Notes: generated by a model not told the origin, from the sequence alone. Positions 9,312 through 18,262 are shown, counted from the stretch's first letter. The stretch is DNA of 64,000 nucleotides from Patescibacteria group bacterium (GCA_028704015.1 JAQVLT010000003.1:36997-100996); one strand, 5' to 3'. Translations and numbers: made by a program.

Positions 9312-11252
9312 TTATTCCAAAATCGCCTTGATTCTGCGCACACCAGAACTAGAACTTTCTTCTTTTTGGATTTTAAAATGCCCGAGCTCGCCGGTTCGCT
9401 CTACGTGCGGCCCGCCGCAAATTTCATAAGAAATAACATCGCTTCCCTCGCCGATTTTATAAACTTTTACTTTTTCGCCATACTTTGAATCAAACACGCC
9501 CATCGCGCCTTTTGCCTTGGCTTCATCCAGATTTAATTCCTCGCAAGACACTGGCAGATCTTTGGCTATCGCTTCATTCACTATTTTTTCAACTTCAATT
9601 TTTTGCGCATCGGTCATTTTTTCCGGATGCGAAAAATCAAACCGCAAACGCTCGGCAGTAATATTACTCCCCTTCTGTGTGACGTGATCGCCAAGAACTT
9701 TTCGCAAAGCCGCCAGTAAAAGATGCGCCGCTGTATGCAACTTCGTTGTTTCACGGCTGGCATCCGCCAAACCGCCCTTGAAAGTGCCGGCGCTCGCGGT
9801 ACGAGATTGTTCCTGATGCTTTTTTTGCTCCTCTTCAAATTCTTTATACATTTTTTCAATTGGAATATATATTTTTTTGATAGACAATTCTTCTAAAGAC
9901 ATTTCTAGCGGAAAGCCATATGTTTGAAATAAATCAAATAATTTTTTACCAACATCCGAAAAATCACTTAAATGTTTCCAATCTTTATCTTTATAAAATG
10001 ACGAAAATTTTTCAAATTCCTTTAACCCCTTTTCAATGGTTTTATTAAATTTCTCTTCCTCTTTCTTAAATTCTTCAATCACAAAATCAATATTTTTTCG
10101 CAGTTCGGGAAAAACATCGCCATAATCATGCGCGACAATCTTGGCGATTTCTTTTGTCCACGGGTATTCCGTAATGCCGAGCATGCGTCCATAGCGAATC
10201 GCGCGGCGAAGCAAGCGGCGGACAATGTATCCGGCGCCGACATTGGACGGTAAAATTCCTTTGTCATCGCCGACAATGAAAGTCGCGGCCTTGAGATGAT
10301 CAGCAATCACTTCAAAAGCGCGAACATTATCTTTGTAAACTTTTCCGCCGGAAAGCATGGAAATCTTATTCAAAATATGTTCAAACATGTCGGTCTCAAA
10401 ACTGTTGTCTTTGCCTTGCGCGACCATAGTCAATCGTTCTAAGCCGCCGCCAAAGTCCACATTTTTCTGGGGTAATTTTTCAAAACCTTTTTCAGTACGG
10501 ATAAATTCCATGAAGACATTATTACCAATCTCCACAAATCTTCCGCAATCGCAATTCACATGGCATGGCTCATCTTTCCAGGGAGAATTTTCGTGGCGTT
10601 TCAAATCCGCGCCCAAATCGTAAAACATTTCCGAATCCGGTCCGCCCGGCTCGCCCACCGGCATCTTGGCTGGCGCGCCGGAACGCGACCACCAATTTTT
10701 ATCACCATAATAAAATATCCGACCATCATCCAAACCATTTTCCCAAGAATTATCAACATCTTTCGCCTCAATGCCGGCGCTTAAAAATAATTTTTTCCAG
10801 ATCTCCACCGCTTCGGCGTCGCGCGGAATGCCAATCTCGTCATTGCCGCGAAAAACCGTTACATAAAGTCGCTTAGGATCTATGTTTATTTCTTTAGTTA
10901 AAAATTCAAAAATCCAAGATAACTGTTCTTGTTTAAAATAATCACCGAGAGACCAATTACCCAACATTTCAAAAACAGTGTGATGACGGCTGTCGCCCAC
11001 ATCTTCAATATCTTCGGCGCGAAAAGATTTCTGTGAATTAACCAACCGCGTGCCAGCCGGATGCTTAGCGCCCAAAAGATAAGGTACGAGCGGTTGCATG
11101 CCAGAACCGATAAAAAGAGTTGAGGAATCGTTTTCCGGAATCAAAGAAGCCGAGGGAATAATTACATGCCCCCTGGATTTTCCGCCCGAGGCGGATCCGC
11201 CTTTGGAGGAAAAAAATTCTAAATATTTTTGTCGTATTTCTTTGGAAGTCAT
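9312..11252 (-). CDS. alaS: alanine--tRNA ligase (short form, no C-Ala domain)
   Basis: 646 aa. N-terminus IRQKYLEFFSSKG..GHVIIPSASLIP and editing-domain HTAAHLL. Carries a 9-aa insert GSASGGKSR. Confidence 0.92.
   Translation of the reverse strand: MTSKEIRQKYLEFFSSKGGSASGGKSRGHVIIPSASLIPENDSSTLFIGSGMQPLVPYLLGAKHPAGTRLVNSQKSFRAEDIEDVGDSRHHTVFEMLGNWSLGDYFKQEQLSWIFEFLTKEINIDPKRLYVTVFRGNDEIGIPRDAEAVEIWKKLFLSAGIEAKDVDNSWENGLDDGRIFYYGDKNWWSRSGAPAKMPVGEPGGPDSEMFYDLGADLKRHENSPWKDEPCHVNCDCGRFVEIGNNVFMEFIRTEKGFEKLPQKNVDFGGGLERLTMVAQGKDNSFETDMFEHILNKISMLSGGKVYKDNVRAFEVIADHLKAATFIVGDDKGILPSNVGAGYIVRRLLRRAIRYGRMLGITEYPWTKEIAKIVAHDYGDVFPELRKNIDFVIEEFKKEEEKFNKTIEKGLKEFEKFSSFYKDKDWKHLSDFSDVGKKLFDLFQTYGFPLEMSLEELSIKKIYIPIEKMYKEFEEEQKKHQEQSRTASAGTFKGGLADASRETTKLHTAAHLLLAALRKVLGDHVTQKGSNITAERLRFDFSHPEKMTDAQKIEVEKIVNEAIAKDLPVSCEELNLDEAKAKGAMGVFDSKYGEKVKVYKIGEGSDVISYEICGGPHVERTGELGHFKIQKEESSSSGVRRIKAILE
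11175..11201. repeat. about 27-nt GC-rich imperfect palindrome in frame in alaS
   Basis: GGATTTTCCGCCCGAGGCGGATCC. It interrupts the conserved FFxSKGH motif. Confidence 0.7.
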
Positions 11253-11261
11253 ATTATATTT

Positions 11262-11295
11262 AGGTGTCCGACACCCTATAGGGTGTCGGACACCT
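11262..11295. terminator. perfect 34-nt palindrome between the MTase-like gene and alaS
   Basis: AGGTGTCCGACACCCTATAGGGTGTCGGACACCT. Flanked by an A-run and a T-run, 10 nt upstream of the alaS ATG. Confidence 0.5.
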
Positions 11296-11327
11296 TTTAT
11301 AAAATTTTATCTTTTGAAGTTATAATT

Positions 11328-12326
11328 TTATTTTACTAAACGTGCTACTAAATATATTTTATCATCTCTCTGAACCAAGACTTCGCCATAATCGGGCGTG
11401 CCATCTTCTTCGATTTTTGCGCTAGCTGAATCAGCGCGAAAACAATAAGAATAATAATCGGAAAAAATAACTTGCGAAAATCCGACGGCCCCTGCTAACT
11501 TTCTAACTTGATCTTCCATTTTTTTTCTTAATGAACCTCTGTTAATCTCCATAATTTCAAAAGTTGGCGCTTGTTTCCTTTTTAAATATTGCTCTTTTGC
11601 TTCGCCGAAAAGCTGCTCCACCATTATTAAACTTCCTCCCGGTTTTAAAATTTTGTAAGACTCGCCCAATACCCTTTGAATATTTTCATCAGTAGTTGAT
11701 ACTTTAACTATTTCTGGACGATCTTTGTCGCCCACTTTTCCCATTTTTAATAATCTTACTAATAAATGGTCGGTGCAAATTAAATCGGCTGTGTCTTCTT
11801 TATAAGGAAGATTAAAAACATCTCCCCTGACTAAAAGTTGGCCCCTGCTTTTATCAATCGTTTTTAACTCTTCATGCTGAAGATTAGTAAGAATTTCTTC
11901 AGAATTTGAATTTAATTTTTTTGAAATTTTATTAAATTCCGCAGCCGAAACATCGCCAGCGCAACCCAAGAAAACAAATCTTGCTTTTTCAAGTCTTCTT
12001 AATCTATTTATTTCCTCTTTGCCTAGTAATTTTAAAATGCTGGGCAGATCAATACCGATTGTCTGAACGAAAGAATAAATTTCTCTTTTTGTTAAACCAG
12101 ATTCCTGAATATCACCCATGCTTTCGTCATATACTCTATTTCCCTCTCTATAAAGAGCATTTTGCATATCCCAGAATTCCTCTTGGCTGCCGTTAAATAA
12201 TCCTCTTCTCTTTGCTTCTTCGTAAATAACTTTGTTTAATTTATCGGGATCATCATAAGCATAAACAATATTTCCTTGTTTAGATGCGGTTTCAATTGTA
12301 TTATTCATTCTTTCTGCCATAATCAA
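11328..12326 (-). CDS. hypothetical protein with a methyltransferase-like C-terminal half
   Basis: 332 aa. VFLGCAGDVSAAEF and ILKPGGSLIMVEQ resemble MTase motifs I and post-III. N-terminal half unassigned. Confidence 0.45.
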   Translation of the reverse strand: MIMAERMNNTIETASKQGNIVYAYDDPDKLNKVIYEEAKRRGLFNGSQEEFWDMQNALYREGNRVYDESMGDIQESGLTKREIYSFVQTIGIDLPSILKLLGKEEINRLRRLEKARFVFLGCAGDVSAAEFNKISKKLNSNSEEILTNLQHEELKTIDKSRGQLLVRGDVFNLPYKEDTADLICTDHLLVRLLKMGKVGDKDRPEIVKVSTTDENIQRVLGESYKILKPGGSLIMVEQLFGEAKEQYLKRKQAPTFEIMEINRGSLRKKMEDQVRKLAGAVGFSQVIFSDYYSYCFRADSASAKIEEDGTPDYGEVLVQRDDKIYLVARLVK

Positions 12327-12371
12327 ATCTTACAAAAAATATCTAATTTTGGCAAGAATAAAAACAAATTC

Positions 12372-12399
12372 TTGACTACCAATGAAACAATACTATAAT
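12372..12399 (+). promoter_or_regulatory. sigma70-type promoter
   Basis: TTGACT (12372-12377), 16-nt spacer, TATAAT (12394-12399). Confidence 0.45.
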
Positions 12400-12434
12400 A
12401 AATATAATCACTTTTTTATAAACCATATTCCAAA

Positions 12435-12584
12435 ATGGGGTGGGAAGACATGAGAGAGAAGAAGAGAAATAAATTAACGCCCGGAGAATTCATCAGCAAG
12501 CTTGGGGATTTATTTTCACATAGACTCGCCAAGCTCATTTTCTGGCTCGTTTTTGTTCTTTACATTTGCGCCTTAATCAAATAG
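12435..12584 (+). CDS. small hydrophobic-tailed protein (49 aa), hypothetical
   Basis: Hand-translated MGWEDMREKKRNKLTPGEFISKLGDLFSHRLAKLIFWLVFVLYICALIK. Lies between a consensus promoter and a terminator. Confidence 0.3.
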   Translation: MGWEDMREKKRNKLTPGEFISKLGDLFSHRLAKLIFWLVFVLYICALIK

Positions 12585-12615
12585 TGATGATAAGGCGAAG
12601 GCGGAAATAAAAAAC

Positions 12616-12650
12616 GGCAAGGTCTTAGAGTCCTTGCCACTTTTTATTTT
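12616..12650. terminator. bidirectional hairpin GGCAAGG-N9-CCTTGCC with T-runs on both strands
   Basis: Read directly. Confidence 0.55.
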
Positions 12651-12658
12651 GTCAAGTT

Positions 12659-12997
12659 TTATTTTTTCAAACTTTCCCCTTCCTTACATTCATTACGGAA
12701 AAATTTCCATTCTTCACATTCGCTTCCGTCCTTAAATCCGCACATGCCATATTCACCGCCGGTAGCATCTTTTTTTATTTCTAGTTGTCCGCCCCTTTCC
12801 TCGCAATTTACTGACGCCGGATTAGCCAAGCCGGCTGCCGGCGTAAACTCAACCGCGTTATTGGCTCCCCTTCTTTGCGTGTAGCATTTTCCGTTCTGAA
12901 AGTAAAAAATCATAATCGCTAAAATTATAACTATCACGGTAAGGGCAATTACAAAAACTGTTAAAATTACATTTGCATTAGATGATGTTTTTTTCAT
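12659..12997 (-). CDS. DUF333-type (putative hemolysin-like) membrane-anchored protein
   Basis: N-terminal TM, then NPASVNCEERGGQL...GMCGF.DGSECEEWKFFRNEC, a DUF333-like Cys pattern. Confidence 0.65.
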   Translation of the reverse strand: MKKTSSNANVILTVFVIALTVIVIILAIMIFYFQNGKCYTQRRGANNAVEFTPAAGLANPASVNCEERGGQLEIKKDATGGEYGMCGFKDGSECEEWKFFRNECKEGESLKK

Positions 12998-13027
12998 AAA
13001 AATTAAAATTATAAAATTTTTATTAAA

Positions 13028-15649
13028 CTATTTTTCTATTACCATCGCGTAATATTTATCTACATTCAAAACGTCTTCAATGTGCCAGCCGTTTTCACTG
13101 ACTTTTGAACTAACCGGATATTTCCAGACGGCGCGCAAATTTGCCGGCAAAAATAAATTGGAAATAATCTTATCGCCAATTGATCCTGGTTGTTTTTGAA
13201 CAAATAACGAATAAGGCAATAAACTTTTCTGGTCGGGATTTAACAAATTTTCTATTTTTCCGAACCAACCCGCATCATCCCGAGGAGCTTCTTTGATTGT
13301 AAATGGTAATTTGTATTTGAGCACAACTGTTTTTATTTCTCCCGGCTCAAGCATAAACCAATTGGCAAAAACTGTTTTTCCATTCTCATTGTAAATTTTT
13401 GTTTTATTTTCTTCGTCAATTCGCGCTAAATTTTCCGTCTGAGCAATAAAAGGATCAACGCTCAATGATTCTTCTGGCTGTTTAGCGATATATTCTTTTT
13501 CATCCAGCTCGCTAAAACCCTCAGCGGATAAAAGTTCGCTCCCAGCCGGCACATAAACTCTCATCCAATCTAAATTTCGCACGCCGGTGAACAAATCTCC
13601 GCGGCTGGCATTGTGTTTTCTTGTAATCACCACGGTGTCAATAATGCTTCCATCATCGGCTATTTCCGCTTGGTGATTTATTGTTTCGTCAATCACTTTG
13701 TCGCTTTTCTGCCCGTAAATATTGGTATTAACAACTGATAAATAATCCCATTTGTTTTCTTCCATTTTTCCATCCCAACCGCGTTGGGCGATTTCTTTTT
13801 CCAATTTTTCATCAGTAAAATAAAATAAAATATGTTTTTCATTCAAATTGCCTTCTATTGCTTTTAAAATTTCAACGAATTTGTCCTTGTTATTGATTCT
13901 CTTTGGCAATTCAACGAGAATAGCATCCATTAAATCGCGGATAATTTCCTTGGGTTTAGCTTTGTCAACCTCAACTTTTCCGGAGGTGGAATCTTTTAAT
14001 TTGTCCAATTCTTCTTCACTTAAATTTCCCGCTTCAACTATTTTCTGAGTAGTATCCCAAAAATTATCCGCGTCAATCACCACGCCATATTTGGCCGTCA
14101 TATCAATCGGGCCGAGTACTCTTAAAATTCTCTCTAATACTGTCGGGGTAAAACTGATCACACCATCAACGGTCGGGCCATCGCTTTTTTCATAAAACCA
14201 TTTCAGCTTCTCCGCGCTGGTCGGCCAATCAGGCCACCAATTCGCATTCCAAAAAAACCAGCGCGTCCCAATAAGCCAAAATGGTTCGGGCGCCAAAACT
14301 GATTCTCTAAGCCCGGCCGTAGTGTCATAACTCCCGCCAGCCGGAGCTTCAATATTTTTTATTTTTCCATTTTGAAAATCTACGAGCGCGTAACTGCCGA
14401 CAAAACCGCCCGAACCGCGCATTTCGGAATTATTTTGAAAAACTAACAAATAACGTTTATTGCCGGCAACACCTAAAAATTCTTTGAGCTTTTCAGAAAT
14501 CAAAATAAAATCTCCCAAGCCGGCTTCCAGATCGGCTGATTTATTTCTCAAAAAAATAAACTGCTCTCTGTATTCAATGGGTAAAACATCAATATCAATC
14601 TGCGATAAATGACTATTCAAACTCGCGGCCGCTTCACGTGATTTTTCTCCATATAAAACAAAATTATCTAAAATTTTTGCCATGTCTTTCTCGCCACCTG
14701 AAAATAAACTTTGCAAAGCTAAACTCATATTTTCACCCAAAATGGCGGCATTCTCGCCGGCGGCGAGCATTTCTCGACTATAAGCGGCCAAACGCGCTTC
14801 GTCGCTAGGCGCATAAGCTGCTAATCTAAAAAGCAAACTGTTTATTTCTCCAAGCTCTTTTTCAGCTGAAAAAAATTTCTCACTTGCTTCGGAAAAATTG
14901 TTTGAAGCTTTATTAAAATCCAGATTCATCACGTCTTTGGAGCCATTAATAAAACTGGAAAAACCCGCTTCGGAAGCTAACACGACTTTATTTTTTAAGT
15001 CGCTTAAATTTATAGTTTTATAAAAATCTAAAAATTTAAAAGGCAAAATGATGATGAGCAGAAGTAAAGCGAATTTGAAAATTCCCTTGAAGGAATGTTT
15101 TTTATTGTCATTCTGATCCCGCTCTAGCGGGAGAAGAATCTCGGGTTTATCTATAAATTTCTTTGATTTAGCTTTTGCGTTTAGTATTGTCTCTCGCGCT
15201 TTCTGAGATCCCTGCCTGCCGGCAGGCAGGCTTCGTCCTCTGTTTGCGACCAGAGGATTCAGGATGACAATCGCTTTTTTTATCATTTTCCCCACCCACT
15301 TAACCAAAAATACCGGCGCAAAAATAACGCCATAAAAAAAATATTTTAAATAAACAAAAATATTCCTGCAAAAAATTTTTATTCCGGAAAAAACCCGGGA
15401 AACTTTTTCGACTAAAATTTTGAATAAACCAAAAAACTTTTTAAATAAAACAAAAATAATAAATATCTTGGCAAAAAACTTGAAAACGTTAATAAATATT
15501 TCTTTAAAATCAACATGAACTTTTGAACTATTTTTATGTTTTGATGCTTTAATGTTCTCGCGCGGTTTCAAATCCACAACAAATCTAGACGCTCGATCAT
15601 TTGCGCCAATATTAAAACTGCTAGATTGTTTATCTTTTCCGACAAGCAT
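13028..15649 (-). CDS. DUF4012-like large membrane-anchored protein
   Basis: 873 aa. RYLLVFQNNSEMRGSGGFVGSYA resembles the DUF4012 core. Contains the 168-nt element at 15104-15271. Confidence 0.65.
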   Translation of the reverse strand: MLVGKDKQSSSFNIGANDRASRFVVDLKPRENIKASKHKNSSKVHVDFKEIFINVFKFFAKIFIIFVLFKKFFGLFKILVEKVSRVFSGIKIFCRNIFVYLKYFFYGVIFAPVFLVKWVGKMIKKAIVILNPLVANRGRSLPAGRQGSQKARETILNAKAKSKKFIDKPEILLPLERDQNDNKKHSFKGIFKFALLLLIIILPFKFLDFYKTINLSDLKNKVVLASEAGFSSFINGSKDVMNLDFNKASNNFSEASEKFFSAEKELGEINSLLFRLAAYAPSDEARLAAYSREMLAAGENAAILGENMSLALQSLFSGGEKDMAKILDNFVLYGEKSREAAASLNSHLSQIDIDVLPIEYREQFIFLRNKSADLEAGLGDFILISEKLKEFLGVAGNKRYLLVFQNNSEMRGSGGFVGSYALVDFQNGKIKNIEAPAGGSYDTTAGLRESVLAPEPFWLIGTRWFFWNANWWPDWPTSAEKLKWFYEKSDGPTVDGVISFTPTVLERILRVLGPIDMTAKYGVVIDADNFWDTTQKIVEAGNLSEEELDKLKDSTSGKVEVDKAKPKEIIRDLMDAILVELPKRINNKDKFVEILKAIEGNLNEKHILFYFTDEKLEKEIAQRGWDGKMEENKWDYLSVVNTNIYGQKSDKVIDETINHQAEIADDGSIIDTVVITRKHNASRGDLFTGVRNLDWMRVYVPAGSELLSAEGFSELDEKEYIAKQPEESLSVDPFIAQTENLARIDEENKTKIYNENGKTVFANWFMLEPGEIKTVVLKYKLPFTIKEAPRDDAGWFGKIENLLNPDQKSLLPYSLFVQKQPGSIGDKIISNLFLPANLRAVWKYPVSSKVSENGWHIEDVLNVDKYYAMVIEK
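15104..15271. mobile_element. 168-nt MITE-like element inserted in frame
   Basis: TIRs ATTGTCATTCTGA and TCAGGATGACAAT (12/13 match). Internal GATCCCTGCCTGCCGGCAGGCAGG at 15207-15230. Same architecture as 18263-18420. Confidence 0.65.
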
Positions 15650-15792
15650 GGGGAAAGAGAAAATTTTAAATTCTAAATTTTAAATTTTAAATTTTAATTA
15701 ATTGATATTGATAATTGTTAATTAATTATAATTATACTACAAAATGGTATTGAAAGTAAAATAAAAGGGCTACCCACTGAAAGTGAATAGCC

Positions 15793-17070
15793 CTAAAGAG
15801 ACAAAGAGTCTCCGGTCATGGGCGCATAAGCTTCGCACCCAAGCTCGCGCGCCAGGCAAACCACTGCCTGACAAGCTTGCGGACTGCCATGCTGGGCAAT
15901 GACAATCCGAGGTTTGACCATCTGAATCGCTTGGCGGATGGCCGCGGCATCGGAATGAGCGGAGAAGCTTAGCTTCTCAACGTGGCAGCCCAATCTGACG
16001 CGTTCTCCACCAACGGAAATATTGCCAGTTTTCAGAAGATCTCTCCCTCTTGTGTCCTCTGCCTGATAACCGGCCAAAATAAGGAGATTCTTCGGATCAG
16101 GACCTTTTACTCGGATGTATTCCATGATAGGACCGCCCTCAAGCATGCCGCTCGTGGCGACAAATACACCTTGCGAAATTAGGTGTATCTGGCGATCCCA
16201 TTGGGAAATCCGCCTGACGGAGTAAAGCGCTTGGCGAAGTGCTTCGGGATCCCGAAGATATTCCGAATGCGCGAGAAATACATCCGTCACATTATTCCCC
16301 ATGCCATCCAAATGCACCGGGCAAGAGAGGCCCATCTCGGCAAGGAGAAGGAGAATCTCTTGCGTCCTCGCCAGCGCGAAGGCGGCGATCATCACTGAAC
16401 CGCCACCAGCGATTGTCTCGGCAACCAGAGACTTAAATCTCTCTTCAACCGCAGTCCTGTCAGGATGCGACCTGTCCCCATAAGTCGCATCAATGATAAG
16501 AATCTCCGCATGCGGAAGACGCTCGCATTTTTTCACGAGGCGAGTATCCATGCTATTAAAATCGCCGGTATAAAGCAATGACCTCCTACCTTGCTTCAGA
16601 ATGATACTGACTGAGCCGGGAATATGGCCAGCCGGGAAAAACTGATAGTGGACATTGCCGCGACGACCCTTTTCTTTGTACCGCATGAGCGACAGTACTC
16701 TCTCAATGTCGCTCTCATTATATCGCGGCTCTTGCTTCTTCTTCGCCGCAATTTTCAGAGAGTCATAGAGAAGAAGCTCTGCCGCTTCTTTGGTGATCGG
16801 CGTACAGAAGACGGGGCAATTCAGCCCATCTTTTGCCAGTTCAGCCAAGCCGCCAACATGGTCAAGATGCCCATGAGAAATCGCCGCGAAGCTGATTTTC
16901 TCCAGCCGCGTGATTTTTTCGGGCCAAGCCATAATTTTGGTTCCGCCTATGTTCGCGGGTTTGAGTCCATAATCAAGAAGGATCCGAGACCCATCAGGAA
17001 ATACTGCTTCGATGCAGCTTCTCCCAACTTCGGATCCTGCACCGTGCATTGTTATCCCGATGTTTCCCAT
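15793..17070 (-). CDS. MBL-fold beta-CASP family hydrolase (RNA/DNA-processing nuclease type)
   Basis: HGHLDHVGG motif and C-terminal FSAHSDAAAI...AQHGSP (beta-CASP motifs B/C). GC-rich. The ORF track begins at GTG 17079; ATG 17070 follows GGAGA. Confidence 0.8.
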   Translation of the reverse strand: MGNIGITMHGAGSEVGRSCIEAVFPDGSRILLDYGLKPANIGGTKIMAWPEKITRLEKISFAAISHGHLDHVGGLAELAKDGLNCPVFCTPITKEAAELLLYDSLKIAAKKKQEPRYNESDIERVLSLMRYKEKGRRGNVHYQFFPAGHIPGSVSIILKQGRRSLLYTGDFNSMDTRLVKKCERLPHAEILIIDATYGDRSHPDRTAVEERFKSLVAETIAGGGSVMIAAFALARTQEILLLLAEMGLSCPVHLDGMGNNVTDVFLAHSEYLRDPEALRQALYSVRRISQWDRQIHLISQGVFVATSGMLEGGPIMEYIRVKGPDPKNLLILAGYQAEDTRGRDLLKTGNISVGGERVRLGCHVEKLSFSAHSDAAAIRQAIQMVKPRIVIAQHGSPQACQAVVCLARELGCEAYAPMTGDSLSL

Positions 17071-17131
17071 ATTGACCACATCTCCTCTCGCTTTGATTTT
17101 TAGCTAAAAAGAACAACTTTACAGATTATGA

Positions 17132-17160
17132 ATATTATCAATTAAAAATAACCCTGTCAA
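17132..17160 (-). promoter_or_regulatory. sigma70-type promoter for the MBL gene
   Basis: Minus strand reads TTGACA, 17-nt spacer, TAATAT. Confidence 0.45.
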
Positions 17161-17213
17161 CTTCAAAATATTATTTAAAATTAGCAAAAATTAATAGTTT
17201 CTTAATAAAAACG

Positions 17214-17242
17214 TTGACAAAATAATTAAGATATGTTATTAT
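17214..17242 (+). promoter_or_regulatory. sigma70-type promoter
   Basis: TTGACA (17214-17219), 17-nt spacer, TATTAT (17237-17242). Confidence 0.45.
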
Positions 17243-17272
17243 TTTATGTTAATTGTTCTTTGAAAGACGTTT

Positions 17273-17330
17273 AGTTCTTGCCGGTTTTGTTGCTAAAATT
17301 TAGCGCTAAAACCGGCAAGAACTGTTTTTT
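17273..17330 (+). terminator. leader terminator/attenuator hairpin
   Basis: Perfect 16-bp stem AGTTCTTGCCGGTTTT / AAAACCGGCAAGAACT, 19-nt loop, then GTTTTTT. Sits between the promoter and the ATG at 17392. Confidence 0.5.
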
Positions 17331-17391
17331 GTTTTCAATTTTACGCGCTTTTCGCGCGCACCCATTCACACACCACAAAGGAGGAAGCACC

Positions 17392-18096
17392 ATGACGGAA
17401 GAGCGATATGACCATATTATGGTAAGCCTCAGGGCAAACCGGAACATGGTGGAGAGGGGGCGAAAGTTGGGTCTCCCCTACGTATTCCGGACAAAGCAAC
17501 AGCAGAAAGAGCTAACCGCGCTGTATGCGGCGAAAGCGGGTGAGGCCAAGGCGTTCCGGCTGGAGCGCGAGGACACCGCCGGCAATCCCCAGGCTGACGG
17601 TGGCAACCTCGTCTTCGGACGGAATGGCCAGGAGAACATCCATCTCTGGTCCCTCTTGGACGACTTGTCCAAGGCCGGCTACGGTCTGACCATCGCCGAG
17701 GTCTTCCAGAAGGAGAGCGACAGTAACGGCGTTGGTTTCATCAGGTTTGTTTTTACCCACGACAAAGCCGTTGTGATGCCGACCTTCTTCGAGGTCAGCG
17801 AAGAACAAGAGCGCTTTATGACTCTTCTCTTCAAACGCCTTTACCGGAAGGTGCACGGTTTCCGAAACAACGCGGCGGTCTCGCTCGAGGGCGAACAAAA
17901 CCCGATCCAGGGGCCCATCATCACGCTCAACGTGGCCGGCCCAGTCACGGAAGCGCGTGAACTCGAAGAGCGGCGCCCTTATCGCCGCGACCTGCGGCTC
18001 CTGGACGAGCTCGGGCATTTCCGGTGCCCGCTCCACGACTCCCAGGCCCACGCTCTGGCCAAGAAGCAGAAGGCCTCCGTCCAGGCCCCCGCCTGA
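17392..18096 (+). CDS. hypothetical protein (GC-rich, no recognisable domain)
   Basis: The ORF track starts at 17278, but ATG 17392 is preceded by AAAGGAGGAAGCACC. 234 aa. Confidence 0.55.
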   Translation: MTEERYDHIMVSLRANRNMVERGRKLGLPYVFRTKQQQKELTALYAAKAGEAKAFRLEREDTAGNPQADGGNLVFGRNGQENIHLWSLLDDLSKAGYGLTIAEVFQKESDSNGVGFIRFVFTHDKAVVMPTFFEVSEEQERFMTLLFKRLYRKVHGFRNNAAVSLEGEQNPIQGPIITLNVAGPVTEARELEERRPYRRDLRLLDELGHFRCPLHDSQAHALAKKQKASVQAPA

Positions 18097-18262
18097 CCCC
18101 ACCCTCGTTCTTTATCTTCCGACCCAATCGGGTCATATCTGGCCCCCGGCAAGAACAACACAAAAAATCGTGTTCGTTTCTTCCGGGGGTCTTGTCTTTT
18201 TAAAAATAAAAATCCCCGAAAGGTGGGGTCAAAAAATAAATTTGAGAGCCGAAAAATCTCTA

